A DNA stretch of 64,000 bases from Candidatus Dojkabacteria bacterium (GCA_040767225.1 JAXGOY010000005.1:749-64748); one strand, 5' to 3'; numbered from the stretch's first letter, positions 39,807 through 51,720 are shown. Made by a program: numbers and translations. Notes: a model not told the origin generated them from the letters alone.

Positions 39807-42169
39807 ATGACAAAAGAGCAGAAATTTTATAAAACTCTACAGGATGTTTTCATTGGTGCTAAGATTGAAGGTGAGGGTGGTTTTGTTAACCTGATGAGCA
39901 TAAAATCAGCTATTATCGCAAGGTTGAAACTATTCTTAAAGAAGATGTTGAAAAAGCTTTAGAAAAAATATCCCTCATTTAGAGATGAGCTTTTTGATAA
40001 ACTATATTCGTTCTTCAGTCGGTATTTTACAGAGAGCGTGATCAATTTATTTTGACCAAACTTCTTTTCATAACAATATTTACGAAAAAGTTTATACTGA
40101 TGAAAAGGATGTTATTCTTTTTTGGAAGACACAGATGCTTTATTATGTTAAGACTGATAGGATTTTCAGAAGTTTACCCGTTGAGTTTGATGGCGTTTTA
40201 AGTTTCATTTGATGCTTCACAAATAGAAAACAAAAAAGCCAATGAAAAAGGAATTTGGTTTTTGAATTAAAAGAAATTAAAGAAGATAAAACAATTATTT
40301 TACTGTTTGTATTCTGTTAAAGGAGGTACAAAAACAAAAATCGGATAAGATACTAAAAGCAATAAAAGAAATAGCATTGCCATTACCGAAGAACAATTTT
40401 GGAAAAAGCATTTAAGGTCTTTGAAAACAGAGTGAGGTTGATTTTTTCATTAACAAAAATGCCAGAGCGAGTTTACAGGAGCAATTTAACCATAGAGTTA
40501 TCAGTACTTTTGGAAGGAGCAACTGAATGGAGATAGAGTCAATGAGCTGCAAATCTTAAAAGACATTGCTTTTAAGATTATTGATTTCATTTCACAGTTT
40601 GAAGACGAACTGAAATCTGGAACAAACCGAAGTTTGTCAAGAAATTGAACTATGTAGTTACTCTGGATAGAATTAAAGATATATCATTAGTAGAAAAGAT
40701 TTTAAAACATGAAAATACAGATGAGCAATTAAAGAATGGCAAGAACTTGCATTGTAGACGATAACTTTGGGAGAGGCGGGGATATTTTACAACAGATTTA
40801 ACAGGTAAGCATTTATCAGGAAGATATCAACATTTGCCGATTGATACAAAAATATTTCAAGAATTTGAATTTGAAATTTTGAGTCAGTTTGAAGATTTAG
40901 ATAATTCTTTAGACGGCTGGTTGATAAAGAGTGAAAATTATCAGGAAAATAAATACAATCCTGCCAAAATTCAAAGAAAGAGTGCAGACAATTTATATTG
41001 ATCCACCGTTTAATACGGGCGATGATTTCCCCTATATTGTTGATAAATTTCAGGATTCAAGTTGGTTATCGTTGATGATAGACTATTTGCATCTAGAAAA
41101 GATTTTATCAAAAACTGGTAATTACTTTGTTCATTTAGACAAAATGCGAGTTATTTGGCGGAGAATAATCTTAAATAAAATGCTAGGCAATGACAACTTT
41201 AAGAATTAGCAATTTGGGGATATGAAAAACCAAGAATTGCTAAGAATAAATTTAAAGAAATCATGATAATATTCTTTTTTTATTGCAAGGATATGGATAA
41301 CTCAATATTTAATATTCAATATACAGAGAAGAAAAATGATGAAAATAATAGGCATGAAAAAAATTATGAAGGTAAAATTTAGGGACAAGTGGGATATTCC
41401 TTCATACTCTACGATATTGTTCGCAAGAGAAAGAGTATATTTCCCATCTCAAACCAGAAAAGCTTGCGGCTAGAATTATCGATTGTTCAATGAAAAAGAA
41501 TGAAAATGATTTTATTCAGATTTCTTTTTGGGCAGTGGGTACGAATAGCGGTAGCCTGGTAAGTTATCTAAAAAATGGATAGGAATTGAAATGGGTAAGG
41601 TGTTTAGCAGATTTACGTGAAGATATTATGACGATAGATAAAACAGACGAAGAGGTTAATAACAGCGAAGACAAATTTAAAGTTTTAGAAATAATAAAAG
41701 ATACTAAAAATCAACGGGTTATATGAGTTCTAAAATTTGGAATTTTAGGAAAATGAAAATGGTTTTAGCTGAAGTATCGTGAGCCAACAAAACTTGCTAG
41801 AGATTTAAATTATCAAGGAGGCGGTTTCTTCAAATACTACGAACTAGAGCAATATGAAGAAGCACTGGCAAACTGTAAATATCAAGATGGAGATTTGTTT
41901 AATGCACCTGGTAGAAGTCCTTATCAGGAATATGTCTTTATGAAAGATGAGAAAATGCTTAAAGCAATGAAAAATTATCATAAGAATGATAGAGTAGAAG
42001 TTGATTTATCAAAACTTTATTCTAATATAGATATTGCTGAGACTATCTAATCTAACAGGTAAATGGGTTAAAAAATTAGCGATGGTCAAGTTGAATTTGA
42101 TGATGGAACAAAAATTAATACCAAAGATTTGGATTACAAATTAATAAAGCCTTTAATTAGTGGGAATAA
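39807..42169 (+). pseudogene. Type III RM modification subunit (N6-adenine methyltransferase), multiply frameshifted
   Basis: MTKEQKFY start, IYIDPPFNTG, DFFLGSG, WIGIEMG, GGGFFKYYELEQYEEAL spread over several frames. Confidence 0.8.
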
Positions 42170-42931
42170 ATCGAGGTTCCTGCACAACAAGAAAAATAAG
42201 AAAAACAAGTAAGAGAAATTTTAGAAAATTGCCAAAAGGAATTCGATATACTGGATTTGGTAAGGAGTATTAATGAAGCCCTACCTGATATAAAAATAAA
42301 TACAATTCATGGGACTATGTGGAATCTCAAACAGAAAATCGACAAAGGAGAAGTTAAAGATATTGTTGCAATTCAGAAAGAGGTTTGTATATTTTACAGA
42401 AATATTATAAAGAAGAGGGATATGGTGAAAGCAAGAAATAAAAGAAATAAAAGAGATTAAAAGAAGAGATTTTTATAAGTTATTTGCTGATTATTTAGTA
42501 AACGATTTAGAAGAATGTACAAAAGCAATACCATTAGGTGGCAATAGGTTCCAAGATAGATGGGGTACACCAGATGTTATTGGAACTTACAGAGTTTTTG
42601 GTATTGGGCATATTCAACCACCAACCGAGGTTGTAAGTGCTGAAATAAAATAGATGTCAAATCAATTAATTACATCCTTCGGCTAAGTTGTTCATAAACT
42701 TTTCAGTCATAAAGTTTATTTAGTTATTCCAAGAGATTCTCGTATGGTTGATATTAAAAGAATTGAAGCATTGTGTCTTAAATTTGGTATTGGTTTGATT
42801 TTTAACAAAAATAATAAAGAAATCCTGAATTTGAAATATTAACTAGAGCTATGAAAAGTGAGCCAGATTATTATTATTTAAACAAATATTTAAAATTGAT
42901 TGATGACAACATAGCAAAAGATTTATTTTAA
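42170..42931 (+). pseudogene. Putative PD-(D/E)xK nuclease (HrgA-like), frameshifted; start uncertain
   Basis: WGTPDVIG...EVVSAEIK...LFSHKVYLVIP...LCLKFGIGLI. Confidence 0.55.
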
Positions 42932-42933
42932 TT

Positions 42934-45805
42934 ATGGCCAAAGAGGAAACAAAACAAATCAGCCAATATCTTCAACACATAGTAGAGGATATCCCTGAAA
43001 ATCTGCCAGTAAAATGGCAGGCATTTAACTTTGCACGATTTTCAAAAGACAAAACACTTTTTGATTTTCAAAAGCAAGGTCTTCAAAATGCACTTAAGAG
43101 TTTCAGGCTTTATTTTAATGAGTATACAGAGAGAATAAAGTAGATTTATATAATCTCTATCAGGCGAATGGTCTATCAGAAAATTTTGATTATGATTTGA
43201 AAAAGCGAGAAGGTAAGAAAAACGGCAAAGTATCTTTTTTGGAATATGATAAGGATTATCCTGCCATAGATTCAAAATTTCTTTGCTTATTTTATTAATC
43301 AGATGAGTTTTTGGATGGCAACTGCTTCGGGCAAGACACTTATTATCGTTAAACTGATTGAGCTTTTAGGTGGGGCCTACGTCGGCGCACTACCAGCCCG
43401 GGATATTCTTTTGGCACACCGTGATGACCTTTGACCAATTCAAAAATCATGTTGAGGAATTTAACAGCTTTAACTTTGGCACAAAAATAGATCTAAAAAA
43501 TTTGAGAGATTATGAGAGAGCGTCGCTGGTGAATACTCATCGTTTGCCAAATGAGATTACCGTTTTTTATTACTGTTCTGATTTAATTTCTGATGAACAG
43601 AAAGAAAAAATCATCAATTTCAAAACTACGACAACGATGGCAAATGGTATATCCTTTTTGGATGAAGCCTACAAAGGTGATAAAGAAGATAGCAAGCGAC
43701 AAATTTTATACTCTACTTTCAAGAAATGGATTTTTGTTTAATTTTTTCGCAACCTTACTGACCCGAGAGACTTTGCAACTTAGGTGTTCTTAATTTCAAT
43801 CTTTCAAGATTCGCTGAAGAGGGATACAAGGTAAGCATATTTATGTATCCGAACAAGTATTGCTGCTTTTCGTCGGGAAACTGATTTTTCAAAACAGGAA
43901 AACAAAAAATTGTTCTGAAAGTTTTTTTAATTCTTTTTGCATATCAATAAAAATTTTGAAAATATAAGAAAAAATTGACGCTAAAACTTTATCATCCATT
44001 GCTTTTAACTTTGGTTAATTCAGTTAATAAGCCAGATGCGGATTTGAAGCTGTTTTTTAAAGAAATTGAATATTGGCAGCGCAAGCGCCAAATCAAAGAA
44101 TTTTTACTCAAGCGATAGATGATTTAGTAAATGAGTTTTCAAGAAATCCGGTGTTTAAATTTGAAGAAAAGGAAAAAGTGATTCTGATATTAAGAGATTA
44201 AAAAAAATAACTTACAAGGATGTTTTGAATTGGTATTTAACGCTAAAAATTCAGGTTCAATAGAAATTTATTTAGACCATCTGATAAAAGTCAAGTGGCT
44301 TTTAAATTAACTACTTCAGATAGGTATTTTGCATTGATTAAGACTGGAGAAATGCCACAGTGGCTGAAAGATGAATTAAATCGATTTAATATCAATCATC
44401 GTTTTGAAACTGAAGGATTTTTTGAGACGCTCAATCGTGATGATTCCGACATAAACATTTTAATGGTTCCCGCTCTTTATGAAGGTTGGGATTCTAACAG
44501 ACCTAACTTGTTGTTTGTAAATATAGGTGTAGGAAATGATACTAAAAAATTTGTTTTGCAATCGGTAGGGAGAGGTGTAAGAGTAGAACCGTTAAAGGGT
44601 AAAAAGAAAGCGCCTCATTGATTTATTTAATATGGAGCAAGTTGATTCGCAGTTATTTGAAAAGATAAAAGATTTAGTTTTGCCAGTTGAGAGTTTATTT
44701 GTTTTTGGTACTAATGCAGAAAATCTGATAGAAATAATTGCAACATTAAAAGCAGAGAAACAAGATAGAAATTTAGGAGATCTGTTTATTTTGAACTCTC
44801 CTGAAGCGCAAAAACATCTCCTTTTAGTTCCAGTTTATAAAACTACGGAGAGAATTTTTGCTGAAGAAGAAAATCTACCAAAATATCCACGAAGCCAGAA
44901 GACTTTAATATAGCATCGGAATTTTACGGATTTTTGGGTGACAAAGTCTCTAGTGAAATATGATTGTAGTTAAGGTTTTAAAAAGCAAAGGAAAGTTTTA
45001 TTGAAAAAGAGCGATATTACGATTTTAGTGAGAAGAATTCTCTTTTGAGCCAGAGTTAATTTTGGCAGGATTTTTTGATTATCTGGGGTAAAAACAGAGA
45101 GCTTGACGATTTTAAGGAATTGGAAGATGAGATTGTTCATTTCAAAAGATTAGATTTACTTGATGGTAAAAAATATGAAGAAATTAAACAAAAAGATAGA
45201 AGAAGTTAAATATTATCCAGAAAGACAAAGAGAGTTGGATAAGCAGTATGGTAAAATTCTAAGAGAAGAATTTGAAAAAACAGATTACTATGTTCGAGCA
45301 GGCTGGAAATTTTGAGATAGATAATCAGAAATTGCCATTAAGTATTTAGCAAATCATTGTTATCTTCCTATAATACTTTCAGAGACTGAAAAATTTAACT
45401 ATCTTAATCATATTATCGATGTTGATAGTGAAGTAAAATTTATTGAGCAATTGGAAGAGTATCTTGCAAAACCTGATAATATCTTTATGCAATTTGACTG
45501 CGGATGTTTTCAAAACTGGATCAAACATTAGATGAAGTTTTGATTCCTTATTATAATCCAAAAGAAAATAATATCGCGAATTTTAAACCGGATTTTTATT
45601 TTTAAAGTACAAAAAGGTAAGCACTATTTAATTTCTATTTGTTGATCCAAAGGGGACAGAATATGCAGATGGATACAGAAAAATTGATGGATATTCAAAA
45701 ATATTTTGAGACTGGTGAACAAAAGGAAAGTAAAGATTTTTTATACAAATGGCTTTACAATAAACACGAAACTATTACTTAAACCAAAACGAGGAATCGC
45801 AGAGG
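42934..45805 (+). pseudogene. Type III RM restriction subunit (SF2 helicase plus nuclease), multiply frameshifted
   Basis: LFDFQ, FWMATASGKT, LDEAYKG, EGWDSNRPN, QSVGRGVR, FKPDF, FVDPKG. Confidence 0.8.
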
Positions 45806-45995
45806 ATTTATTATTTTGGGATTTTAAATATGATAGTAATATTTGGTTTATTGGTTGAAATGAAACTACTTGGGAAGAATAAAGCACTTAACTGGGTATC
45901 AGGATTAGTAATTATTGTATTCTATGTAGTTTATCTTGGCTCTAAGTTTATTCATTAGCTATTTTCTAAATCTATGTGATAAATCAATTCTTCTT
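45806..45995 (+). repeat. Right copy of ~190 bp imperfect direct repeat
   Basis: Encodes an intact orphan antiporter C-terminus (YYFGILNMIVIFGLLVEMK...SKFIH*) and overlaps the NAD kinase stop. Confidence 0.95.
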
Positions 45996-46708
45996 TTTAA
46001 GAATTCATTTTTATTTAGAAATCCTATTTTTATCTCACTACCCTTTTTAAGAAGTAGAGTATCACCCTCATTTAATACTCCTGTCTGTATGTTAGAAAGA
46101 TATATTTTTGTCCCATTTGCTTTAATATGGATTTTTTGAAAAGGAATAATATCATTTAAATATCTATTGCATACAACACCAGTAACTGACAGAAGATCTG
46201 AATCAAGAGGAAGAATTCTCCCCCCATTATTATAATTAAATGCAGTAGAACCAATTGTAGTACTTATGCAAATACCACCTCCTTTTATTTCAAAGTTATC
46301 AAAATCTTTCTGTTCTGTTGAAATATTAAAAGTAAAATAGCTGGTAATTTTGTCGCCTAGAATAACATCATTTACAGCCTCTCCAAGCTTCTTTCTATTT
46401 AAATATACCTGTATAGCATGTGAAGAAAGAGTATCTATTTTTATCTCATCGTTCAATATTTTATTTATTGTTTGTATATCATCATCAAACTGATTCATAA
46501 GGAAGTTAAAAGTACCCATTGCTTTACCTAAATATGGAATTCCTTTATCAATTGTTTTATGAATTGCATGGAGCATAGCACCATCACCCCCTGCAACAAG
46601 ATATAGATCAGGTTTCTTTTCTGTAAGAAGGTTTGGAAAATTATTCTTTATTAATATATTAAAATCCTTTACCCTAGGATCTTTATTTATTAAGTACTTT
46701 ATTCTCAT
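45959..46708 (-). CDS. NAD kinase family protein
   Basis: AGGDG, GTFNFL, AVND, STTIGSTAFN..GG. Confidence 0.85.
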   Translation of the reverse strand: MRIKYLINKDPRVKDFNILIKNNFPNLLTEKKPDLYLVAGGDGAMLHAIHKTIDKGIPYLGKAMGTFNFLMNQFDDDIQTINKILNDEIKIDTLSSHAIQVYLNRKKLGEAVNDVILGDKITSYFTFNISTEQKDFDNFEIKGGGICISTTIGSTAFNYNNGGRILPLDSDLLSVTGVVCNRYLNDIIPFQKIHIKANGTKIYLSNIQTGVLNEGDTLLLKKGSEIKIGFLNKNEFLKRRIDLSHRFRK

Positions 46709-46867
46709 GAAATAGAGTATATCAAATTGAGGTCGTATTGTATTTATATTAAATATGGTATAATTAAATGTCTATGTTAAGAAAGGTGTTAATGCATTAA
46801 CACCCCGTGTAGGTTACCTTAAAAAGTGTGCTTATCCGTAGTCTGTTTATTTTTTATTTATAATTAA

Positions 46868-47152
46868 ATGCAAAACAAACTTTTTGTTGGGAACCTGTCA
46901 TGGGATACCACAGATGAGACTTTGTCTCAGCTTTTCTCCACTGTTGGAGAAGTAACAGAAGCAAAAGTAATTGTTGACAAATTCAAAGGAAGATCAAAAG
47001 GCTTCGGATTTGTTACAATGGCTTCTGAAGAGTTGGCTCAGAAAGCAATGGAAGAGCTTAACGGAAAAGAGCTTGATGGCAGAGCTATCAATGTCTCTAT
47101 TGCAAGACCTCAGAGAGAGGAAGGCAATAGAAGAGAGAATTTCTATAGATAA
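46868..47152 (+). CDS. RRM-domain RNA-binding protein
   Basis: RNP2 LFVGNL; RNP1 KGFGFVTM. Confidence 0.95.
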   Translation: MQNKLFVGNLSWDTTDETLSQLFSTVGEVTEAKVIVDKFKGRSKGFGFVTMASEELAQKAMEELNGKELDGRAINVSIARPQREEGNRRENFYR

Positions 47153-47176
47153 TTATTAATAGTTATTTGGAAATTA

Positions 47177-47207
47177 AAAAGAGCTGGGCTAAATACTCAG
47201 CTCTTTT
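47177..47207. terminator. Putative bidirectional intrinsic terminator between the RRM gene and uvrB
   Basis: AAAAGAGCTGGG-loop-CTCAGCTCTTTT. Confidence 0.65.
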
Positions 47208-49153
47208 ATTTTATCCCTTAACTCTGCTGCTTTTTCAAATTGTAGATTATCTGCTGCAAGAAGCATTTTTGCTCTTAAATCTTTAATTAGCATTTTCTTT
47301 TGTTTTTCACTTAGCTTCTCTATTTCAATATCTAAATCTTTCTTTTGATCATCATCTTTTTTTACAAGAGAATCTCTAATTTCTTTTTTTATACTGGTAG
47401 GTGTAATATTGTGTATTCTATTGTATTCTTCCTGATATTTTCTTCTCCTATTTGTTTCATCTATTGCATATTTCATGCTTTCAGTAATTGTATCTGCATA
47501 CATAATTACTCTCCCATTAATGTGCCTAGCAGCTCTCCCTATTGTCTGAACAAGACTAATCTTAGACCTTAAAAATCCCTCCTTATCAGCATCAAGTATT
47601 ATTACAAGAGATACCTCTGGGAGATCAATACCCTCTCTTAACAAGTTTATTCCAACAAGCACATCAAATTCACCAAGTCTTAAATTCCTTAATATTTCAA
47701 CCCTTTCAACAGTATCAATATCAGAGTGTAAATATGCCACCTTTATATCAAAATCTGCCAAGTATGAAGTTAAATCTTCTGCCATTCTTTTAGTTAATGT
47801 AGTAATCAATACTCTTTCTTTCCTTTCTACATTCTTTCTTACTTCTGAAATAACATCATCAATCTGATTTTTTGTTTTTCTGACCTCTACCTTAGGATCA
47901 AGAAGACCTGTAGGTCTTGTAAGAAGCTCTACAACAGTATTTCTGCTGTCTCTAATTTCCCATTCATCAGGCGTTGCAGAGAAATATATTGTAGCACCTT
48001 GTTTTTTTCTAAACTCATTAAAATTAAGAGGCCTGTTATCATATGCAGAAGGAAGTCTAAAACCATGTTCAACCAAATTTGTCTTTCTTGCTCTGTCCCC
48101 ATTATACATTCCTCCAATCTGAGGAACAGTAATATGAGATTCATCAATAAACAAAAGATAATCACTTGGAAAGTAATCAAGTAAAGTAAAAGGAGGCTGT
48201 CCTGTTTTTCTTCCATCAAAATATATTGAGTAGTTTTCCATTCCTTTACAAAACCCAACCTGTGTCATCATTTCAATATCATATCTAGTTCTCTGTTCAA
48301 GTCTTTGAGCTTCAACTTCTTTGCCAATATTTCTAAGAAATGCAGTTCTTTGCTCTAAATCTTTCTCAATATTTGTAACTGCCCTTGCCATTGTATCAGC
48401 ATCATATACAAGTGGGGTAGCAGGAAATATATCAATATTATCAACATCATAAATAACCTTTTTTGATACAGGCTCAATGTATGAAATTCTTTCAATCCTA
48501 TTACCCCAAAACTCAATTCTTACAGGAAAATCCTCATAAGGCATATATATTTCTATAGTATCTCCCCTAATTAAAAATGTACCAGATATTAAATCAGTTG
48601 ACTCTCTTTCATATCTTAAAAATGTCAAATCACGAGCAAGTTTTCCCATATCAGTATTCTCTCCAACTCTTACTTCAAATGATTTGTTTTCATAGTTATC
48701 AGGACTTCCAATATTGTAAATACATGAGACACTAGCAACAACGATAGTATCTCTTCTTGTTCTAGCAGCATTCATTGCACTCAGTCTTAATTTTTCAATT
48801 TCTTCATTTACCTCAGACTCTTTTTCAATGTAAAGATCTCTTGATGGGATATATGCCTCTGGCTGGTAGTAATCATAGTATGAAACAAAATATTTTACAG
48901 CGTTATCAGGAAAGAACTCCTTAAATTCCTCATACAGCTGTGCAGCTAATGTCTTGTTATGTGAAAGAACTAATGTTGGCTTTTGAAGCTGAGCCACTAT
49001 ATTCGCCATTACATATGTTTTTCCTGAACCTGTTACACCAAGCAGTACTTGTTTCTCTTGTCCCTTTTTAAAGTTTTGAATTAACTCATCTATAGCTTTT
49101 TGCTGATCTACAGAAGGAGAATATTTTGATATTAAGTTGAATTTTTCTTCCAT
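47189..49153 (-). CDS. uvrB: Excinuclease ABC subunit B
   Basis: GVTGSGKT, YYDYYQPEAY, IDESH, INLLREG, UVR domain. Confidence 0.98.
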   Translation of the reverse strand: MEEKFNLISKYSPSVDQQKAIDELIQNFKKGQEKQVLLGVTGSGKTYVMANIVAQLQKPTLVLSHNKTLAAQLYEEFKEFFPDNAVKYFVSYYDYYQPEAYIPSRDLYIEKESEVNEEIEKLRLSAMNAARTRRDTIVVASVSCIYNIGSPDNYENKSFEVRVGENTDMGKLARDLTFLRYERESTDLISGTFLIRGDTIEIYMPYEDFPVRIEFWGNRIERISYIEPVSKKVIYDVDNIDIFPATPLVYDADTMARAVTNIEKDLEQRTAFLRNIGKEVEAQRLEQRTRYDIEMMTQVGFCKGMENYSIYFDGRKTGQPPFTLLDYFPSDYLLFIDESHITVPQIGGMYNGDRARKTNLVEHGFRLPSAYDNRPLNFNEFRKKQGATIYFSATPDEWEIRDSRNTVVELLTRPTGLLDPKVEVRKTKNQIDDVISEVRKNVERKERVLITTLTKRMAEDLTSYLADFDIKVAYLHSDIDTVERVEILRNLRLGEFDVLVGINLLREGIDLPEVSLVIILDADKEGFLRSKISLVQTIGRAARHINGRVIMYADTITESMKYAIDETNRRRKYQEEYNRIHNITPTSIKKEIRDSLVKKDDDQKKDLDIEIEKLSEKQKKMLIKDLRAKMLLAADNLQFEKAAELRDKIKELSI

Positions 49154-49203
49154 ACTGCTAATTTTAACAGATTACTGCACTTGTGTGTTAAAATATTATC
49201 AAT

Positions 49204-51006
49204 ATGAACAAATATGTATTAAATGAGCTATCACAAGATGTGGTTAATAAAATTGCAGCGGGAGAGGTTGTTGAAAGGCCTGCATCTGTAGTAAAGGAGC
49301 TAGTTGATAACAGTATTGATGCTGGTGCCACAAAAATTCAGATTAAAGTTGTAAATGGGGGAATAGATTTAATTGAGGTTAGTGATAATGGGAGTGGAAT
49401 ACCAAAAGAAAGCCTTGCTGATATATTTAAGCCTCATACAACAAGTAAAATATCTTCATTGGAGGATCTTAATAACCTTTTAACAATGGGTTTTAGAGGT
49501 GAAGCACTCTCAACAATTGTCTCTGTTTCTGATGTTGTACTTTCATCAAAATATATAGATAGTGATAGTGCATTTGAGATTGAATACAAGGAAGTTAATG
49601 ATTTTAATATTAAAAAAACTGCAAGAGAGTCAGGAACAGTTGTAACAGTAAAAAACATATTTGCTAATATTCCAGCAAGAAGAAAATACCTTAAAACAGC
49701 ACAAACAGAATACAAAAAGATTTTAGATATTCTTTATCCATACTTTCTCATATACCCTAATATTCATTTTACACTAGTTAAAGATGAGAAAAGGGTCTTT
49801 GACCTTATTAATCTTCCTAATACTAAAGCAGGAGATATATCAAAAGAAAGAGTTAAAGAGGTTCTTAAAGGAGAATTTACTGATAGGATGCTTAAGCTGT
49901 TTTTTAATGGAAATAGTATTGAAATATTAGGATTAACTGCTCACCCACAAGACCATCAAAAAACTTCTGCTAATCAGTATATTTTTGTTAATAACAGACC
50001 AATTTGGGATAGTGGAATTGCAAAGGCAGTTATACAGGGATATGAAAGATATATTCCATTTGGTGAGAAAGTTCCTTTTATAATTAATATTAAAATTAAT
50101 CCAGATCAAATTGATGTAAATGTTCATCCTAGGAAAGAGGAGATTCGCTTTCTTAATCCATTTAGGGTGTATGCTTCTGTAACTGAGGCTGTAAGTAGGG
50201 CAGTAAGAGCATCAGTATCGTACAAAGTTGAGAGTGAGTTTAAACCAGCTGAATTTATAAGTGATACTGTTAAAAAGAAAGAATATACAAACAGGGATAT
50301 CACATTCTCTCCTAATCAGTCAGCTTCAGTGAGAGATAGCCTTCTTTTTAGCAAAGAGGTTCTTGATGAGGCTTCATATGTTAAAACAGTAACCTCTGAG
50401 AATACTCAAGTAGATGAAAAAGAGGGAGAGGGTATTAGGAATATATTTCAGATATTTAATAAATATATTGTTATTGAATTTGAGAATGATATTCTTTGGA
50501 TTATAGACCAGCATGCTGCTGCAGAGAGAATCAACTTTGAGAAATTTAAGAAAGCAAAAGAAGGAAATATTGATAAACAAAATTTGCTTGTTCCTGCAGC
50601 TATTCCTGTTTCTGAAAATGAGCTTGTTATATTTGATGAGCTAAAGAGTATTTTTTCTGATTTAGGGTTTGATTATAAAATGGGGAAAGATGAGATTATT
50701 ATTAATTCTGTTCCTGTTGAATTTGTAAATACTGATTTTAAAAAGCTCTTTGATGAAATATTCTCATTAGGAAATGAACAAAGTGATGTTTCTAATGGAG
50801 CTAATAAATTGAAAGAGGATATACTTGCTACAATGGCATGTCATTCAAGTGTTAGGAGTGGACAGAGTTTGCATAGGGAAGAAATGATTGATATTTATAA
50901 AAGGTTAATGCAGTGTGAAAATCCATATAGTTGCCCTCATGGAAGACCTGCTGTATGGAAATTAAAGTTAAGTGAGATAGATTCTAATTTTGAAAGGACA
51001 TACTAA
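49204..51006 (+). CDS. mutL: DNA mismatch repair endonuclease MutL
   Basis: IAAGEVVERP, GFRGEAL, DQHAAAER, CPHGRP. Confidence 0.97.
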   Translation: MNKYVLNELSQDVVNKIAAGEVVERPASVVKELVDNSIDAGATKIQIKVVNGGIDLIEVSDNGSGIPKESLADIFKPHTTSKISSLEDLNNLLTMGFRGEALSTIVSVSDVVLSSKYIDSDSAFEIEYKEVNDFNIKKTARESGTVVTVKNIFANIPARRKYLKTAQTEYKKILDILYPYFLIYPNIHFTLVKDEKRVFDLINLPNTKAGDISKERVKEVLKGEFTDRMLKLFFNGNSIEILGLTAHPQDHQKTSANQYIFVNNRPIWDSGIAKAVIQGYERYIPFGEKVPFIINIKINPDQIDVNVHPRKEEIRFLNPFRVYASVTEAVSRAVRASVSYKVESEFKPAEFISDTVKKKEYTNRDITFSPNQSASVRDSLLFSKEVLDEASYVKTVTSENTQVDEKEGEGIRNIFQIFNKYIVIEFENDILWIIDQHAAAERINFEKFKKAKEGNIDKQNLLVPAAIPVSENELVIFDELKSIFSDLGFDYKMGKDEIIINSVPVEFVNTDFKKLFDEIFSLGNEQSDVSNGANKLKEDILATMACHSSVRSGQSLHREEMIDIYKRLMQCENPYSCPHGRPAVWKLKLSEIDSNFERTY

Positions 51007-51719
51007 TGAAAAACAGTGGTACTCTTTATTTAATTCCTACATCTTTGAGTAAAAGACCTTTAGTAGAGGAGCTTAAGGAGAGTGATTTAGATATTGTAAG
51101 GTCCCTGTCATATTTTATTGTTGAAACTCCTAAGATTGCTAGAAGCTATTTTAAAGGTTTAGGAATTGTTATTCAGGAACTTGATATGAGGGTTTTAGAT
51201 GAGCATACTAAATCTAATGATATTCCTTTCCTGATTGAACCCTTAATACATGGTTTTAATGTTGGGCTAATGACTGATGCTGGCTGTCCTGGAGTAGGAG
51301 ATCCAGGTAGTTTAGTTGTAAGGGAGTGTCATAGACTGGGTATAAAGGTTGTGCCTCTTGTTGGTCCTTCCTCTATTATTCTTTCTTTAATGGCTTCTGG
51401 TCTTAATGGTCAGAGATTTAGGTTTTTAGGGTATCTTCCTAAAGAGCCCGAGAGCAGAAGGAAGATAATAAAGAGAATTGAGAATGAGTCTATAAGGAGT
51501 AATGAGTCAGAAATCTTTATTGAAGCTCCGTATAGAAATGAAAGGCTTTTTAATGATTTAATGAGTGTATGTAATGCCGATACCCAGTTAACTGTTGCTG
51601 TTGATCTTACTGGCAAAAATGAAGATATTAGGACTATGAAAATTAGTGAATGGAAGATGTCTAAGAATATTAATATTTTAGATATTCCTAGTATATATAT
51701 TCTATTAGGGAAAAAATAA
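51006..51719 (+). CDS. RsmI-like tetrapyrrole-methylase family rRNA methyltransferase
   Basis: LYLIPT, DAGCPGVGDPG, GPSSI, FIEAPYR. Confidence 0.85.
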   Translation: MKNSGTLYLIPTSLSKRPLVEELKESDLDIVRSLSYFIVETPKIARSYFKGLGIVIQELDMRVLDEHTKSNDIPFLIEPLIHGFNVGLMTDAGCPGVGDPGSLVVRECHRLGIKVVPLVGPSSIILSLMASGLNGQRFRFLGYLPKEPESRRKIIKRIENESIRSNESEIFIEAPYRNERLFNDLMSVCNADTQLTVAVDLTGKNEDIRTMKISEWKMSKNINILDIPSIYILLGKK

Positions 51720-51720
51720 A

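Larger units (their letters stand above)
39488..45995. mobile_element. Direct-repeat-flanked restriction-modification islet
   Basis: mod-nuclease-res cassette between ~190 bp direct repeats; no integrase or transposase seen. Confidence 0.6.
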
